DNA of 41,644 nt from a virus. Its lineage: Duplodnaviria > Heunggongvirae > Uroviricota > Caudoviricetes. Below, one piece after another: positions 8,905-20,019 of this stretch. Made by a program: the position numbers and the translations under genes. Every line of letters starts with the position of its first letter. The first letter of the stretch is position 1. The notes under the pieces were generated by a model. That model was not told the DNA's origin, did no database searches, and saw only the letters and a program-made list of their open reading frames with translations. The stretch is from IMG/VR virus record IMGVR_UViG_2617271072_000007; one strand, 5' to 3'.

Positions 8905-10891
8905 TAACCCACCCTCACCTGATTACTTCGCATGACCTGAGCATTTGCAGACTGTTGCCGACGTGCAACCTCATTACCGACAGCGTGCGGATCTCCGCCA
9001 CCGTAAATGTGGTAAGTATTTTGCTGATTAACCTCTGTCATTTTGCCACTAATTCCCGCCACGGCAGCCTTATTAATCAGCTCTCGGGAATAGATATTTC
9101 TTCCATTTTCATGCTGGATAATGCTGCTCATCAATGCTGACATGGTTTGCGGCTCGCTCATATTCAGGGCAGCCCGGGGATCCACTCCCAGTCGTTGCGA
9201 TACAGCCCTGATATACGCAGTTGTGTTGTTATTATCAGACGCAGGTGCCCAGGTAGAGATAATTTTCTCCACACTGTTTATTCCCCGTCCGGCGTACAGC
9301 ATTAACTGACGAGCAAGAGCCCGTAATCCATCAAAAGCAGTTTCAAATCTGGCAAATCGCCCGCCCGGGCGTTCAAGAGAAGCCCCTGCCTGACCAGCAA
9401 AATTAAGGTTTCCCGGATTGTTATTCCGTTCTCCTCGTTTCGTAGCCTGTGCATATTGTTCCGGCTCATCATCACCAAACCAGCCGCGTACCGTCCGGCC
9501 CACGCTGCGGGGATCGAATCCCCAGTGCTCTTTAATCCAGTCGGCAGTACTGTTAGCGCTGTCTGTAACTATCGGCATCGCTGACGGATTTTCGCTGCCC
9601 TGATTAAGTATCTGTTTGCCGATGCTGACGGCATCAACCCAGCGGCCATCTTTGATAGCGTTGAGCAGGTCGGCGATCATGTTCAGCATTTTGCTGAATT
9701 CGCCCATCTGGTCGATGAAGTTGCTGAAATCCCACTTCAGGGACCATGATTTGGGGTCAATATTGAGCAGTTTCGCCAGCGCTTTCACCAGGTCGTTAAC
9801 GGTCGTTTTAAGGTCACGAACCATCTTCAGCGCGGCATCAACCTCCGGTTTCCACTTGCCCCAGTCAATCAGGCTGTCGCCGCCTTCCTTCCAGGTCTGA
9901 TAGTCCTCCCACAGGAGGGCAATCCCCGCCGCCAGCGCGGTAATGAGGCCAATCGGCGACATCCAGAACGTACTGTTCAGAATGCGCAGCGCAATCGTCA
10001 GTGCGCCAAACAGCGAGATCAACTCCCGCGTTTGCTTATCCAGCGATTGCCACCAGGTGATGAGGCTTGATGTTCCTTCAATCAGTCTGAAGAACAGCCG
10101 CCCGATAATATCCCCGAGCGCCAGAATGCCTTTTATGGCTTTCGTCAGGGTCTGCTCGATACGCGGGAAGTTGTCCAGGATATGGCGGCGCAGGGTGTCC
10201 AGCGAACCCGCAAGCCCACCCGCAAGATTAGAGCCGATTTTGTCACGGGCCATGCCTGCCATCGCGCTAAACTCACGCAGGGAGGTCATAAATTTGTTGG
10301 AGCTTCTGGCCGCCTCTTCAGCATTGAAGCCGATAGCTTTCGCCATTGCGCTGTACTGCCCGGAGAAACCACCCACACCCCGGCGCATCGCCATAAGGGT
10401 ATTTTCGTCAATGCCCAGCATCTGCGCATACTGGTTAGCCCGGTAATACGGCATGCCGCTGAGCTTCTGGCCTACACCTGTAAAAATAGCGGCCATGTCA
10501 CGCATGTTACCGCTGGCATCCCGTGTCTGTACCCCCAGGCGATTCAGAAATCCCTCTGCACCGGGATTGTTACGAATAAACCGGGAGAGGCTTTCCAGAG
10601 AAGATCGCGCAGCGTCCACGCTGCCGCCAACCCGCGAAACCGCATATCCAATAGACTGAATTCCCTGGACTGTCGCGCCAGTGCGCTGTGACGCCCAGTA
10701 AAGATTATCCAGGCCGGAGGCAATCTTAGCCGTAAAGGCCACCACGGACAGTGCAGCTCCTTCAACGGCCAGTCCCATTTTGATGACATTTGCAGTTGTA
10801 CCGGCGAGGACAGAACCGAATTTTTTGCTCCAGCATCATCCACACTGAAGCCAAGCGAGACGAGGAAATCTTTAATAGTTTCAGCGTTCAT
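8904..10891 (-). CDS. tail tape measure protein; frame broken by a 1-nt indel
   Basis: Start MNAETIKDF at 10891 with RBS GGAGAGAGG; frame switches at the A6 run (plus T6 about 10821-10826) into the 624-aa ORF 8904..10778; an A7 restores one frame. Confidence 0.8.
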
Positions 10892-11522
10892 TATCCTCTC
10901 TCCATTTCTCAATGCGCCGCTGGTTATCCGCTTTTACCGCCAGATGGTCATTCAAGAGAGCAATATCGTACAAATCGACAGAGCCATCTTTAAGTGCTGT
11001 ATAAGGAATTAACCCGGCGTCAACCGGATTGAGAAGGTAGGACAGCCCGTCCGGCAGGCTGTTAAACGTCAGCCCTGTTGCAGGCTCTGCGTCGTGCTGG
11101 TAAGGGATGTAGGCAAAAAAATTTCCCAGCGAATTGGCGACCACCCGCGCCACCAGCTGCAGCATGACCAGCAAGTCAATATCATCAAACATCAGTTCGC
11201 CCTGGGTAAATACCGGCACCCATCCGTCCATATGACGCCGCGATACCACCGCAAGACAGGGATGAATAATCGCATCGGTGTCATCTTCGGTCAGGGAAGA
11301 CAATTCCTCAGCGATACGCGGGAGCATGGTTTCAAACACCGGTTTTAACTGCTCGAATTTCACGGTGTCGATTTTGCCGTCAGCAGGCAAACGGGAGCGA
11401 ATGCTCCCGAAATCTGACATCATTCCTGCCAGCACCGGCAGAAGTTTGCGGGTCACTTTCAGCTGGTCAAAAACGCTGAGTTTTGCCGCGCGATATTTCA
11501 CGCCTTTGATTTCGAATTCCAT
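10881..11522 (-). CDS. tail assembly protein (possible chaperone)
   Basis: 213 aa between tube and tape measure genes. Confidence 0.45.
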   Translation of the reverse strand: MEFEIKGVKYRAAKLSVFDQLKVTRKLLPVLAGMMSDFGSIRSRLPADGKIDTVKFEQLKPVFETMLPRIAEELSSLTEDDTDAIIHPCLAVVSRRHMDGWVPVFTQGELMFDDIDLLVMLQLVARVVANSLGNFFAYIPYQHDAEPATGLTFNSLPDGLSYLLNPVDAGLIPYTALKDGSVDLYDIALLNDHLAVKADNQRRIEKWREDNER

Positions 11523-11525
11523 GTA

Positions 11526-11966
11526 TTAAAACTCCCCGAGAACCTGGTCAATCTTGCCGCAGTCAAACACCCACGGCATCGTATTACCGGTTTTAGCGTT
11601 GGCATTATCCGGTTGTTTCTGGAACGCAACACTACGTGCCGTGATGATGTCGCCGCTGACCTTGTTTCGGATCACAATAACGTTATTCCCCCATGTGGCA
11701 GAAGACTGGCTCTGTGCGTTATACGCCAGCGACAATTTTTTATTTGTCGGTGATGTCTTCAGAAGGTTAACGGTAATCGTCCCGCTTTTATCTGCATGGA
11801 GACTGTGCATCACTTCGCCATCAGCACCGATGGTCATGGTGTTTTTAGGACCGCCCATCGCAACCACAATCCCCTCTTCAGAACTTGCAGAACCGTACCC
11901 GAGGTCAATCGAACCGGTCGGCCCGGTCAGCGTCGCAGTGACATCCATAAAAGAATAGGTAGACAT
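11526..11966 (-). CDS. tail tube protein
   Basis: 146 aa directly after the sheath gene. Confidence 0.7.
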   Translation of the reverse strand: MSTYSFMDVTATLTGPTGSIDLGYGSASSEEGIVVAMGGPKNTMTIGADGEVMHSLHADKSGTITVNLLKTSPTNKKLSLAYNAQSQSSATWGNNVIVIRNKVSGDIITARSVAFQKQPDNANAKTGNTMPWVFDCGKIDQVLGEF

Positions 11967-11976
11967 TCACTTCCCC

Positions 11977-13122
11977 TTAGCGAACAACGTTAATCTGTAC
12001 GTCAGCGTAATGAACCGCGCCCGCAAGTTTTATTGCAGCCTGAATCACCGGAGCCTTACGGGCTTCACGTTCTGATTGTGCCTGTTCATTCAGCGGCTGG
12101 GCGTATACGTAATAACCTTTGGGCAGTGTGTCACCTGATGACAGCTGACCAAGGTCGCCCCCGTTCCATACGCCCGGAGCAATCAGTCCATTCTGAACGG
12201 CCTGATCCAGTGATTTTTCAACATTTGATAACAGTCGGGTAATACCGGCTTCAGTCTGGGGAACTTTCGTGGTGCTGGTATAAAGCAGGTTATAGAGGTT
12301 GGTCTGCACATAATTCTGTAACCAGTCCAGGCCGTGGCGTTCATCAAAGAAATCGCCGTTAGCCATCACTCCCTGCTGGAGGATAGCTGTATCATTCTGG
12401 TAGTACACGAACACATTGCAGTTTTTTGCATCAAGTGCCGATGCCTGGCTGACTGTCAGTGTTTCATACCCGACACCCGGCTCCTGCTTAAACTTGAGCG
12501 TAATCGCGGTATTACTGCCATTGAAATTAACCGTGAATGCCCGGCCAAATGCAGATAACGCAGCGTATTTATTACCCGATGAATACTGAATAAAACTGCG
12601 TGAATATCCGGCGGTTTTCAGTTTTGATGCCAAATCATCGCTGGATGCAGTCTGCAGGCATTTCTCATCGCTTGTCGTAATCGCCAGAATACGGCTTACA
12701 GAAGAGGATTCGATCGCCGCAGCCACTTTCAGCCAGTCTGCATCCGGAATATCTTCATCGTCTGCAATCCCCAGCCCATACCATGAAGTATAATCAAGCA
12801 TGGCATTCACAGCCTGCTCCAGCGTCTCAGGCGTGGCCTGTTCGCTGTCTCCCTTCGTTTTCACCCAACGACCAACAAAAACCTCCTGAGGTTTCGGTGA
12901 TTGTGAGAAAAACACCTGCGCAGCTTTATATTCTGGTGATTCCACGCCAAAATCTTTTCCAATATCTTCCGCGGCAGAATAACGGCGAATGCGCTCACTT
13001 ACCGGAATGATTGTGGACGGGCCGAGAATGAGTAATGCACCAAAATTTCGCCCTGATGCTGCACGCGGCGACATGATCACATCAACATTAACAACGTTTG
13101 ATACAGGCAAGCCCTGTGCCAT
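11977..13122 (-). CDS. contractile tail sheath protein
   Basis: 381 aa, conserved sheath-tube order. Confidence 0.8.
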   Translation of the reverse strand: MAQGLPVSNVVNVDVIMSPRAASGRNFGALLILGPSTIIPVSERIRRYSAAEDIGKDFGVESPEYKAAQVFFSQSPKPQEVFVGRWVKTKGDSEQATPETLEQAVNAMLDYTSWYGLGIADDEDIPDADWLKVAAAIESSSVSRILAITTSDEKCLQTASSDDLASKLKTAGYSRSFIQYSSGNKYAALSAFGRAFTVNFNGSNTAITLKFKQEPGVGYETLTVSQASALDAKNCNVFVYYQNDTAILQQGVMANGDFFDERHGLDWLQNYVQTNLYNLLYTSTTKVPQTEAGITRLLSNVEKSLDQAVQNGLIAPGVWNGGDLGQLSSGDTLPKGYYVYAQPLNEQAQSEREARKAPVIQAAIKLAGAVHYADVQINVVR

Positions 13123-13125
13123 AGC

Positions 13126-13692
13126 TTAATCTCCGAAAAAGATGACTGGTGCTTCCACCAGCGATTTAATACCGTACTCGCGCACAACCTTCCGGCGCAG
13201 ACGCACCGTCATATCGTAGCGGCGGACCCATTGCTGATTAATAAGTTCAGGGAAGGGAGTCAGACCTGTGTAATCGCCAAGAGACAGCCCCAGCGCATTC
13301 AGTGCTGCATTGTTCTGCGGTACAGATATACCGTCACGAAACCGGGACGCATACACCATCCCCGCCGGACCATAAAACGAAGCCATACACTCAATCGTTT
13401 CATGCCGCCAGAGCTGAGAGCCATCATCGGTCTGTCTGGTGAATGCCGGACTGTCATCACCTGACCATCCGATAACCCCAAACGCACACCAGTTCGTTTC
13501 AGCCGGTAGCAGTGGCGGCTGCTCTTTCTGCCAGCGCGGGCGAACCATCCCGGCAGACAGACCGGAAACGTTACGCATCCACTGGCTTAACAGCCTGTCG
13601 AGCGCTTCGTCATAATCCGGATCGCCACTGGTTGGTATTAACCATCCGCGCTCTGTACTGGTGTTATTGCTCAACCGGAGTTCCCCCATCAA
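13126..13692 (-). CDS. neck / tail completion protein (putative)
   Basis: 188 aa, between head and sheath genes. Confidence 0.45.
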   Translation of the reverse strand: MMGELRLSNNTSTERGWLIPTSGDPDYDEALDRLLSQWMRNVSGLSAGMVRPRWQKEQPPLLPAETNWCAFGVIGWSGDDSPAFTRQTDDGSQLWRHETIECMASFYGPAGMVYASRFRDGISVPQNNAALNALGLSLGDYTGLTPFPELINQQWVRRYDMTVRLRRKVVREYGIKSLVEAPVIFFGD

Positions 13693-14053
13693 ACGGCATC
13701 AACTCACAATGCGCCTGAACGAATCCGGCCCCATAAGCTGTATACGGGTCGACGAAGGTCACACGATAATCACGGTCCTGATACGTCACGATATCGGCAT
13801 CAAGGCCAGTCTGTCCCTGCGTCAGTCGCTCAGTCGTCACAATCAGAATTGCACCGCTGATTACCTGCCCTGCCTGCATACGGCGGTTTTCCAGAGAGCG
13901 ATCAACAGTTACGACTCCGGCAAACTGCTTTTTAACTTCACTGTCGCTGCCGATCCCGTCCTCATCCACCGTTTGCACTCGGCGTGTTACCCACAAATTG
14001 AAGTCGCAAAAATCGGGGTCAAAAAGCACATCTGTTACATCAAGAGTCGGCAT
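13664..14053 (-). CDS. head-tail adaptor (putative)
   Basis: 129 aa, position. Confidence 0.45.
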   Translation of the reverse strand: MPTLDVTDVLFDPDFCDFNLWVTRRVQTVDEDGIGSDSEVKKQFAGVVTVDRSLENRRMQAGQVISGAILIVTTERLTQGQTGLDADIVTYQDRDYRVTFVDPYTAYGAGFVQAHCELMPFDGGTPVEQ

Positions 14054-14594
14054 CTTTATCCCTCACAACATGGGTAATAGCTCTGCGATATTGCCCGGTA
14101 TCAATTAATGGTTTCGCCAGTTCGGTTCCCGGAGATTCGCCAGCAGCACGCCGGGCAAGTTCCAGTGTTGCCCCCTTGCGCCCCCGACGAGCCCGGGCTT
14201 CAACAGTGCTGTCAGCAAGCGGCGTAAAGCCGGTAATAGTCATGTAACGCCTGACGCCATTAGCGGCCAGCGTTCCGGCACGGTTGAGTGCGCTTTCTGC
14301 TCCCGCAGCATTACCATCAAGAGCAGCCTGCGCCGCGGTTTTGAGCTGCGGCACCGTCTGCTCTTCTGCCGATTTAACGCCGGGGACCAGGTGAGGTCGT
14401 GGCGGGATGTTCTGCTCTGGTGAGCCGTATTCGTTGAGGTAACCGATGCCCGCATTACCAAACGGAACATCATCCCGCTCGCTGTCTTCCGAAGGGATGC
14501 CGACCAGCACATCTTTTTTGGTTAACGACCTGAGCGCATCCAGAATGGCCTTAGCGTTATCCACCCTCGTTGTTACACCGCTTTTGAAACTCAT
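14040..14594 (-). CDS. virion morphogenesis / head completion protein (putative)
   Basis: 184 aa, position. Confidence 0.45.
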   Translation of the reverse strand: MSFKSGVTTRVDNAKAILDALRSLTKKDVLVGIPSEDSERDDVPFGNAGIGYLNEYGSPEQNIPPRPHLVPGVKSAEEQTVPQLKTAAQAALDGNAAGAESALNRAGTLAANGVRRYMTITGFTPLADSTVEARARRGRKGATLELARRAAGESPGTELAKPLIDTGQYRRAITHVVRDKDADS

Positions 14595-14998
14595 AGCTGG
14601 CGACCGCCTGCACCGAACATCGTGATCAACTGATAAAATTCAGCGCCATATCGGGTGTTATTCCAGAAACCTGCATCAAGATTCAGCGTCGCGCTGGTGT
14701 CATAGCTGACGCTTACCTTGTCAACGGACTTTGAGGACTGAACACCATTGGTTGAACCGCCCGGACCACCAGCCAGCATCGCTCTGCTGTCTGCCGCCCA
14801 GAGCGTCATGTAGTGCGCAACGAACAATCCGGCAAAGTACGGAAACAACTTTTTGCCGGTGACGTTTTCACTCAGCAGTTCATCGGCCAGATTCAGACGA
14901 AACTGGATTTGCGCTTCGGGATATTTGGCAGGGTCAGCAAACTGCGGGAAGTCGCGGCGAAAATCACTTACCGCTGGCAGACTTTGATTCTTTGGCAT
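14591..14998 (-). CDS. head-tail connector protein (DUF4054-like)
   Basis: 135 aa, position after capsid genes. Confidence 0.5.
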   Translation of the reverse strand: MPKNQSLPAVSDFRRDFPQFADPAKYPEAQIQFRLNLADELLSENVTGKKLFPYFAGLFVAHYMTLWAADSRAMLAGGPGGSTNGVQSSKSVDKVSVSYDTSATLNLDAGFWNNTRYGAEFYQLITMFGAGGRQL

Positions 14999-15185
14999 TT
15001 TTTACCTCGTTACGCGCGTCTGTGGCTTTGCCAACGGATACTTCCGCGTGCGCACGAGTGAACCAGTGCGTGGCAACGTCTTCCTCCACAGCATGACTGC
15101 CTTTAACAAACTCGCGCCGTGAACCGTCGGGAAGCGTGAGCACAAACGGGGTATGTACGTGTATTACTGCATTATTTTTTGCCAT
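14964..15185 (-). CDS. small head-associated protein
   Basis: 73 aa directly after major capsid gene. Confidence 0.4.
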   Translation of the reverse strand: MAKNNAVIHVHTPFVLTLPDGSRREFVKGSHAVEEDVATHWFTRAHAEVSVGKATDARNEVKNAKESKSASGK

Positions 15186-15227
15186 CGGGTCATCCTTAAT
15201 GGCCCCCGCCAGGGGGCCATGTGGCTG

Positions 15228-16169
15228 TTAAATGCCATCAACGTACGAAATGGTTTCTTTGTACACTGGCTCAACCGCACCCAGCTTGCCGTAGTAAGTG
15301 ACGATCTGATACAGACCGCGATACTGCACCGGCACGCTCTGAAGCGGAACCAGCGGGTAGCGGACGTATTTTTTATCGTTGGTGTACGCAACCATGCGAT
15401 CCTTTTTCCCCACACCACGGCCTTTCAGCCATTTAACCGCGCGGATATTCAGCGGAACACCGTTCTGGTGATAGCTGATGGTGTTGGTCTGAAGATACGT
15501 CAACAGGGACTGGTTACCCGCAGATGAAACGATGATGCTGGACAACAGAGCAAACTGCTCAGGCGGGATCAGCAAATCACGCGGAACCACAGAGTAACCG
15601 GAAGCGGCCCACGCATCAGACAGCACCTGGTTAATGCTTGCGCGGATTTCGTCCGGTGTTGAGGTTGCCCACGTTTTAGCAGCGTTGTTGACAGGCACGC
15701 CGTCCAGGGTAACAAGGCCTTTCAGGTTTAATGCGGAATCGCCAACATATACCTGTTCATCGTTATCCATCTGCCATTTCAGTTGCATACCGTCATACTT
15801 CTGCGTATCAATCGGGCGGCCGACCTGCTGAGCAGCCTGCAATTCTATGACCGTCCAGCCAAGTTCCATCCCCCACAGGTTCAGCGGGTTACCGGATTTG
15901 CCGATATCCACGTTCACGCCAGCAATAGCGGTTGAGTCTTTGCCTACCCAGTTTTTGCCATTCGGATTTGCACCAGTACCCGCAGCGGCGAAGCTGGTAT
16001 TCGTCCAGCTGGAAATGTCATCTGCGATAGAGACATCTTCACGCAACTGAATATCGCGGGTCCAGGTGTACCCCACCAGTGGCAGGTTCAGCGTCTGGTC
16101 GAGTCGCTCCAGCTCCCCGATGAGAAAGGCACCAGAGCTGTCAACGGTTGCCTGATCAAAAGTAATCAT
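15228..16169 (-). CDS. major capsid protein
   Basis: 313 aa, follows scaffold and head genes. Confidence 0.85.
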   Translation of the reverse strand: MITFDQATVDSSGAFLIGELERLDQTLNLPLVGYTWTRDIQLREDVSIADDISSWTNTSFAAAGTGANPNGKNWVGKDSTAIAGVNVDIGKSGNPLNLWGMELGWTVIELQAAQQVGRPIDTQKYDGMQLKWQMDNDEQVYVGDSALNLKGLVTLDGVPVNNAAKTWATSTPDEIRASINQVLSDAWAASGYSVVPRDLLIPPEQFALLSSIIVSSAGNQSLLTYLQTNTISYHQNGVPLNIRAVKWLKGRGVGKKDRMVAYTNDKKYVRYPLVPLQSVPVQYRGLYQIVTYYGKLGAVEPVYKETISYVDGI

Positions 16170-16180
16170 TCGTCTGTTCC

Positions 16181-16687
16181 TTAAATCTTCCAGGAAATTT
16201 CTGCATTGCCGTCAGCATCACCGGCACCTGTGAATTCAGCGTTGGTCAGCACCACATTTTTGCCACTGACTGACGTGGACATGAATCCACCCAGCGGCAC
16301 TTTGATGGATTCATCAGTGGAGACGACAACGTATACCGGGTCGCCTTTTTTGATGGTGCTGGCATCAAAATCAGAACCGAGATTAACAGTCACGTAGCCA
16401 CGCTTCATGGCGTCGCCAGGGAAGTTCTTGCCTGTTCCCACCTGGCGAACCATGTCCGGCTGCGACGTGGTCGGATAAGGGCGCACGTAGATCCCCTTCA
16501 CCTTGTCTGCGGTATCACCATCTGCCAGCGGCACGAAAAAACCGTCATCATCGTATTTACCAGCCAGGCCATAGGCAGCGAAGGCGTTATCGGATTTAAG
16601 GACCACCGGTTCGACGGTTAAGTCCTGCGGGCGAGAGACAGCCCCGGCAATGCCAACAGGCATCCGGTACAGAAATACATTATTCAT
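16181..16687 (-). CDS. head protein (decoration or unknown)
   Basis: 168 aa between scaffold and capsid. Confidence 0.5.
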   Translation of the reverse strand: MNNVFLYRMPVGIAGAVSRPQDLTVEPVVLKSDNAFAAYGLAGKYDDDGFFVPLADGDTADKVKGIYVRPYPTTSQPDMVRQVGTGKNFPGDAMKRGYVTVNLGSDFDASTIKKGDPVYVVVSTDESIKVPLGGFMSTSVSGKNVVLTNAEFTGAGDADGNAEISWKI

Positions 16688-16689
16688 TT

Positions 16690-17913
16690 TTTACCCTTTA
16701 CGGTTTGCCCAGAATTCAGCGTTTTGTTTGTTCAGGGAAGCGATACTGGTCATGCCCATGTTTAGGCGCTGTGCATCGCCGGTGGTGGCGCGGGTGTTTC
16801 GCCCTTTGGCAATCTCAGACACGGCATTAAACGCCATGTCGACCGATTGTTTCGGCAATTTGCGGATATCCGCATCACCGACGATCTGGCGAACCAGCGT
16901 TTTTATCTGCGGAAGCCAGAACCTCGCGTTTTGAACTCGGTCGGTTTCATCTTACGGCTCAGATCGATACCCGGAACGATAACTTCGGCACGCCAGGCTG
17001 AGTCACCAGTAATCGTGGTTTCCTCTTCATCGTCCTCGCCGTCACCGGTCGGATTATCGTCAGGCTTATTATCGTTATCGCCCGTGGCATTTCCTTCCAG
17101 CTTAGCCAGCAGGGCTTTCAGTAATGTTTTGAGGTCATCATCACTGTCGCCGGTTGGACCTCCACCCATCTCTGGTGCTTTGTCCGGTAGTGGTTGCTGC
17201 GGGGACAGGTTGATGTTGAGATTAACGCCCTGCGGCAAATCCCCCTCATCTCCTGTAACCGATGCGGGAGCCGACTCCACCAGTTCGTTCATGGTGTCGG
17301 CATCTCCTGTCTTGATGGCTGCACGCATGCGGTTCCACCAGTTTTTTCTTTTGATTTGCCATTGTGTCTCTGTCTCCAATTGCACAACGATTTCCGGCTC
17401 TGCCTTTGGGGACAAGAGCCACATGGTTTCCGGTAATATCGACCTGCCCGGCTTTACCTGGCTCGGTCTGCTCGTACTCCGCGTCATAGCCGCACGACAC
17501 TTCACGCAGGCCATCTTCGATAAGCTGAATGGCGTTTTCGTCTTTGACGATAAGGTCAGCCAGCATCAAATCAGACTGCTCACCCGTCCCGCGCCGGACA
17601 TTCTGAAGATGCCCGACAGCAAGCTCTTTCCAGTTCTCGGGATTTACCAGCCGCACATTCCCGTTTTCATCTTCAGGATGCAGGATCGTGATGCTCATCC
17701 CTTCGAATGAGGCAAGCGTGGCCGGATGGAATACCTGCTCAGGAGAACGTGTGACGACTATTTCACCGAACTTATCGGGTTTCAGTTTTGGCAGGTCATC
17801 AGCACCATAGAGCTGCTTACCTGTTCGTCCTATCGGCACGTCTTTGCACAGCAACGAGCCGTCAGCCAGCTGGTAGCGGGTTTCTCCCAGCCGGGTATTG
17901 AAAAATATTTCAT
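16690..17913 (-). CDS. capsid scaffold / maturation protein (DUF2213-like); frame broken by three 1-nt indels
   Basis: [13 protein letters not shown] core, acidic Asp/Glu-rich middle; frame changes at homopolymers near 17901-17905, 17342-17347 and 16905-16935. Confidence 0.6.
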
Positions 17914-17927
17914 GGGTTACCTGCGAT

Positions 17928-18701
17928 TCAGGCGGGATAAGATTGGGAGGTGGGAAAAACGATTTCTTTATAACAGCGACAATTCGGGAGCTCGCCAGCA
18001 TGACCTGTCATGCCGTCAAGCGTTGGAGGTTTGCCCCATTCGACAAATTTACCTTCCATTTCCTGATGAGAATGCCTGACGTCACCATCTTCGGCTGTAC
18101 GCCAGATATAACCATTCGAACCAATTGACAGCGCACGCGCCTGATCCAGCGCGCCGGTTGCACGTCCAAGTTCAGTACGGGCAATCAGGTCAGCTCTGGA
18201 CTTTGCTATATCACCCGATGCGGCTATTTCTTTAGCAAAATGTTCCGCTCTCCCACCGGTAACAACAGCTTCTATCGCCCGATTCTGGATGTCGTACACC
18301 CTGTCAGCCGCCTCGAGGGGGAGCGATTTGATGTACTTAACCTGTTCAGCAACGATGGATTTCATCACCTGCCCTGGGGGGGCACTGTTTACCAGATTGC
18401 GTAGCTCACGGCTGATGGTTTTGCTGTGTTTACGCCACTGCTCATCATTCTTGCGCACAATGTCGGCGGTAAAGTTTTCCGCGACCTTTGTCGCCCAGGG
18501 GGTGATGATTTCACTGTAGCGTTCCAGCGCCTCAATAATTTCCGTGATACTGTCATTTGAACCATCGTAGCGACCATTTACGATGTCCCCGACCGCCCGC
18601 GCTATCCTGCGTAGACTGGTTCGATACCGGATTTCCGCCTGACGGTTCCTGCGGTTCGTCATCAGGTTCGCCGATGCCGGGCGGCGCTTCGTCTTCGGCA
18701 T
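17928..18701 (-). CDS. Mu F-like head morphogenesis protein
   Basis: 257 aa; likely true start MTNRRNRQ at about 18662. Confidence 0.8.
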   Translation of the reverse strand: MPKTKRRPASANLMTNRRNRQAEIRYRTSLRRIARAVGDIVNGRYDGSNDSITEIIEALERYSEIITPWATKVAENFTADIVRKNDEQWRKHSKTISRELRNLVNSAPPGQVMKSIVAEQVKYIKSLPLEAADRVYDIQNRAIEAVVTGGRAEHFAKEIAASGDIAKSRADLIARTELGRATGALDQARALSIGSNGYIWRTAEDGDVRHSHQEMEGKFVEWGKPPTLDGMTGHAGELPNCRCYKEIVFPTSQSYPA

Positions 18702-20019
18702 TCTCTATGTCCTCGTCGGTAATGGATGCCCCGATGCCGGTTACGTCAGAATTTTCGCGCAAATCAGTCATAGCGGCTTTCAGTGTCATCAGACCATCAC
18801 CCAGCGCTGTACTGATTGCGTTGGTGGTATTTAACGCCACCGTTGAACGATCGACATCAGACATTTGCCAGAGCGGGTTAAACTCAAACGTGAAATCATC
18901 CGGGAGCGGCTTGCCAAGTTCCGAACGATGCATGATGTCCAGTATCCGCCGCACCGGAAGACGTAAACGCCTCTCCTGCAACGAGCTTACCCGGTCGTAA
19001 TAGTTGGCAAGGTCTGCATCGCCGGTAGAAAATCCCTTCGGGGACTGTCCGAACAACCGCACCAGTGGGATACCAACAGCGCCACTAATCTGTTCTGCAA
19101 ACTGTGAAAGGATGTCATCCAGACCACTGAAGCTGTACTGATGGGTTTCAAACTTATCCCGCGAGTCCATGAGAGTCATGCCTTCATTGCTCTGGAACTG
19201 TCGAATCAGGTCAATATTCTTCAGCAACGCTTCATACGCAGGACCACCAAGTGCGATAAGCTCGCGTAGCTTCTCCACGCTGTAGGTACGCAAATGCGCT
19301 TTGTAGACCAGCTGCGCCGCGCCGACAGTAGCGCTGTCGAACGCGGTAAGACGATCCCAGATACGCTCTACAACCGACATTCCCCATTCGTTCTCGGTCA
19401 TCTTCTGCTGAAATGGCAGCGTGACGCCATCAAAGCGAATCAGGCGACTGTGATGAATGCGCCAGGCAGGAATTCCCGTTGCTGTGGTCACCACATCGTA
19501 AAACTCAGGTTTACCCAGGTCCGGCCCCATATCTTTAATGCGGCGGGTCAGTACCGGGTCGATCATCCAGCGGTCGAGCGGGAGAATCCCCTTAAACTTG
19601 CCCTTACCGATGGTTTCGGGTCGCAGCGGGGTCATTGGTGCCTGCCCCTCAATCATGATGAAACCCACCGCGCCGCCGTAGAGGCGCGACCATTTCAGCA
19701 CGTCATTCAGCGCATCCCAGATTTGCAACTCATCCAGTTGTGATTCGAGAATGCCACGATCTTTTGCATCAATTTCCGAAGTGATGCGAATGCCTTTGCG
19801 GGTCATATCATCCGGGATAGCATCGACTGCTTCGCCGATGATCCAGGATGAACGATAGGACCATTCCACCAGCATGCGGTTACGACTGGTGAAATTAGCC
19901 CGGTAGGTGGATGCTGAGTGCTGGTTAGGTGTCTGCATCCCTACGCGGGCAATAAAATTCTCATAACCATCAGCTGTGGCCTGCGCAGTTCGCCGCAGGG
20001 CTTGTTTGTTTCGTGCCAT
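18553..20019 (-). CDS. portal protein (DUF935 / Mu gp29-like)
   Basis: 488 aa, acidic C-terminus, directly downstream of terminase. Confidence 0.85.
   Translation of the reverse strand: MARNKQALRRTAQATADGYENFIARVGMQTPNQHSASTYRANFTSRNRMLVEWSYRSSWIIGEAVDAIPDDMTRKGIRITSEIDAKDRGILESQLDELQIWDALNDVLKWSRLYGGAVGFIMIEGQAPMTPLRPETIGKGKFKGILPLDRWMIDPVLTRRIKDMGPDLGKPEFYDVVTTATGIPAWRIHHSRLIRFDGVTLPFQQKMTENEWGMSVVERIWDRLTAFDSATVGAAQLVYKAHLRTYSVEKLRELIALGGPAYEALLKNIDLIRQFQSNEGMTLMDSRDKFETHQYSFSGLDDILSQFAEQISGAVGIPLVRLFGQSPKGFSTGDADLANYYDRVSSLQERRLRLPVRRILDIMHRSELGKPLPDDFTFEFNPLWQMSDVDRSTVALNTTNAISTALGDGLMTLKAAMTDLRENSDVTGIGASITDEDIENAEDEAPPGIGEPDDEPQEPSGGNPVSNQSTQDSAGGRGHRKWSLRWFK

Noticed and set aside
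9943-10691. Plus-strand ORFs of 167 and 169 aa antisense within the tape measure gene; similar antisense ORFs at 16847..17710, 26707..27486 and 34616..35179
   Set aside because: They lie entirely inside well-supported genes on the opposite strand, lack RBSs and have low-complexity Arg/Ser/Pro-rich composition typical of antisense frames.
8904-11522. Frame change at the start of the tape measure gene considered as a programmed chaperone-type frameshift
   Set aside because: The shift lies inside the tape measure coding sequence, not the upstream chaperone, and identical homopolymer frame breaks occur in many unrelated genes.
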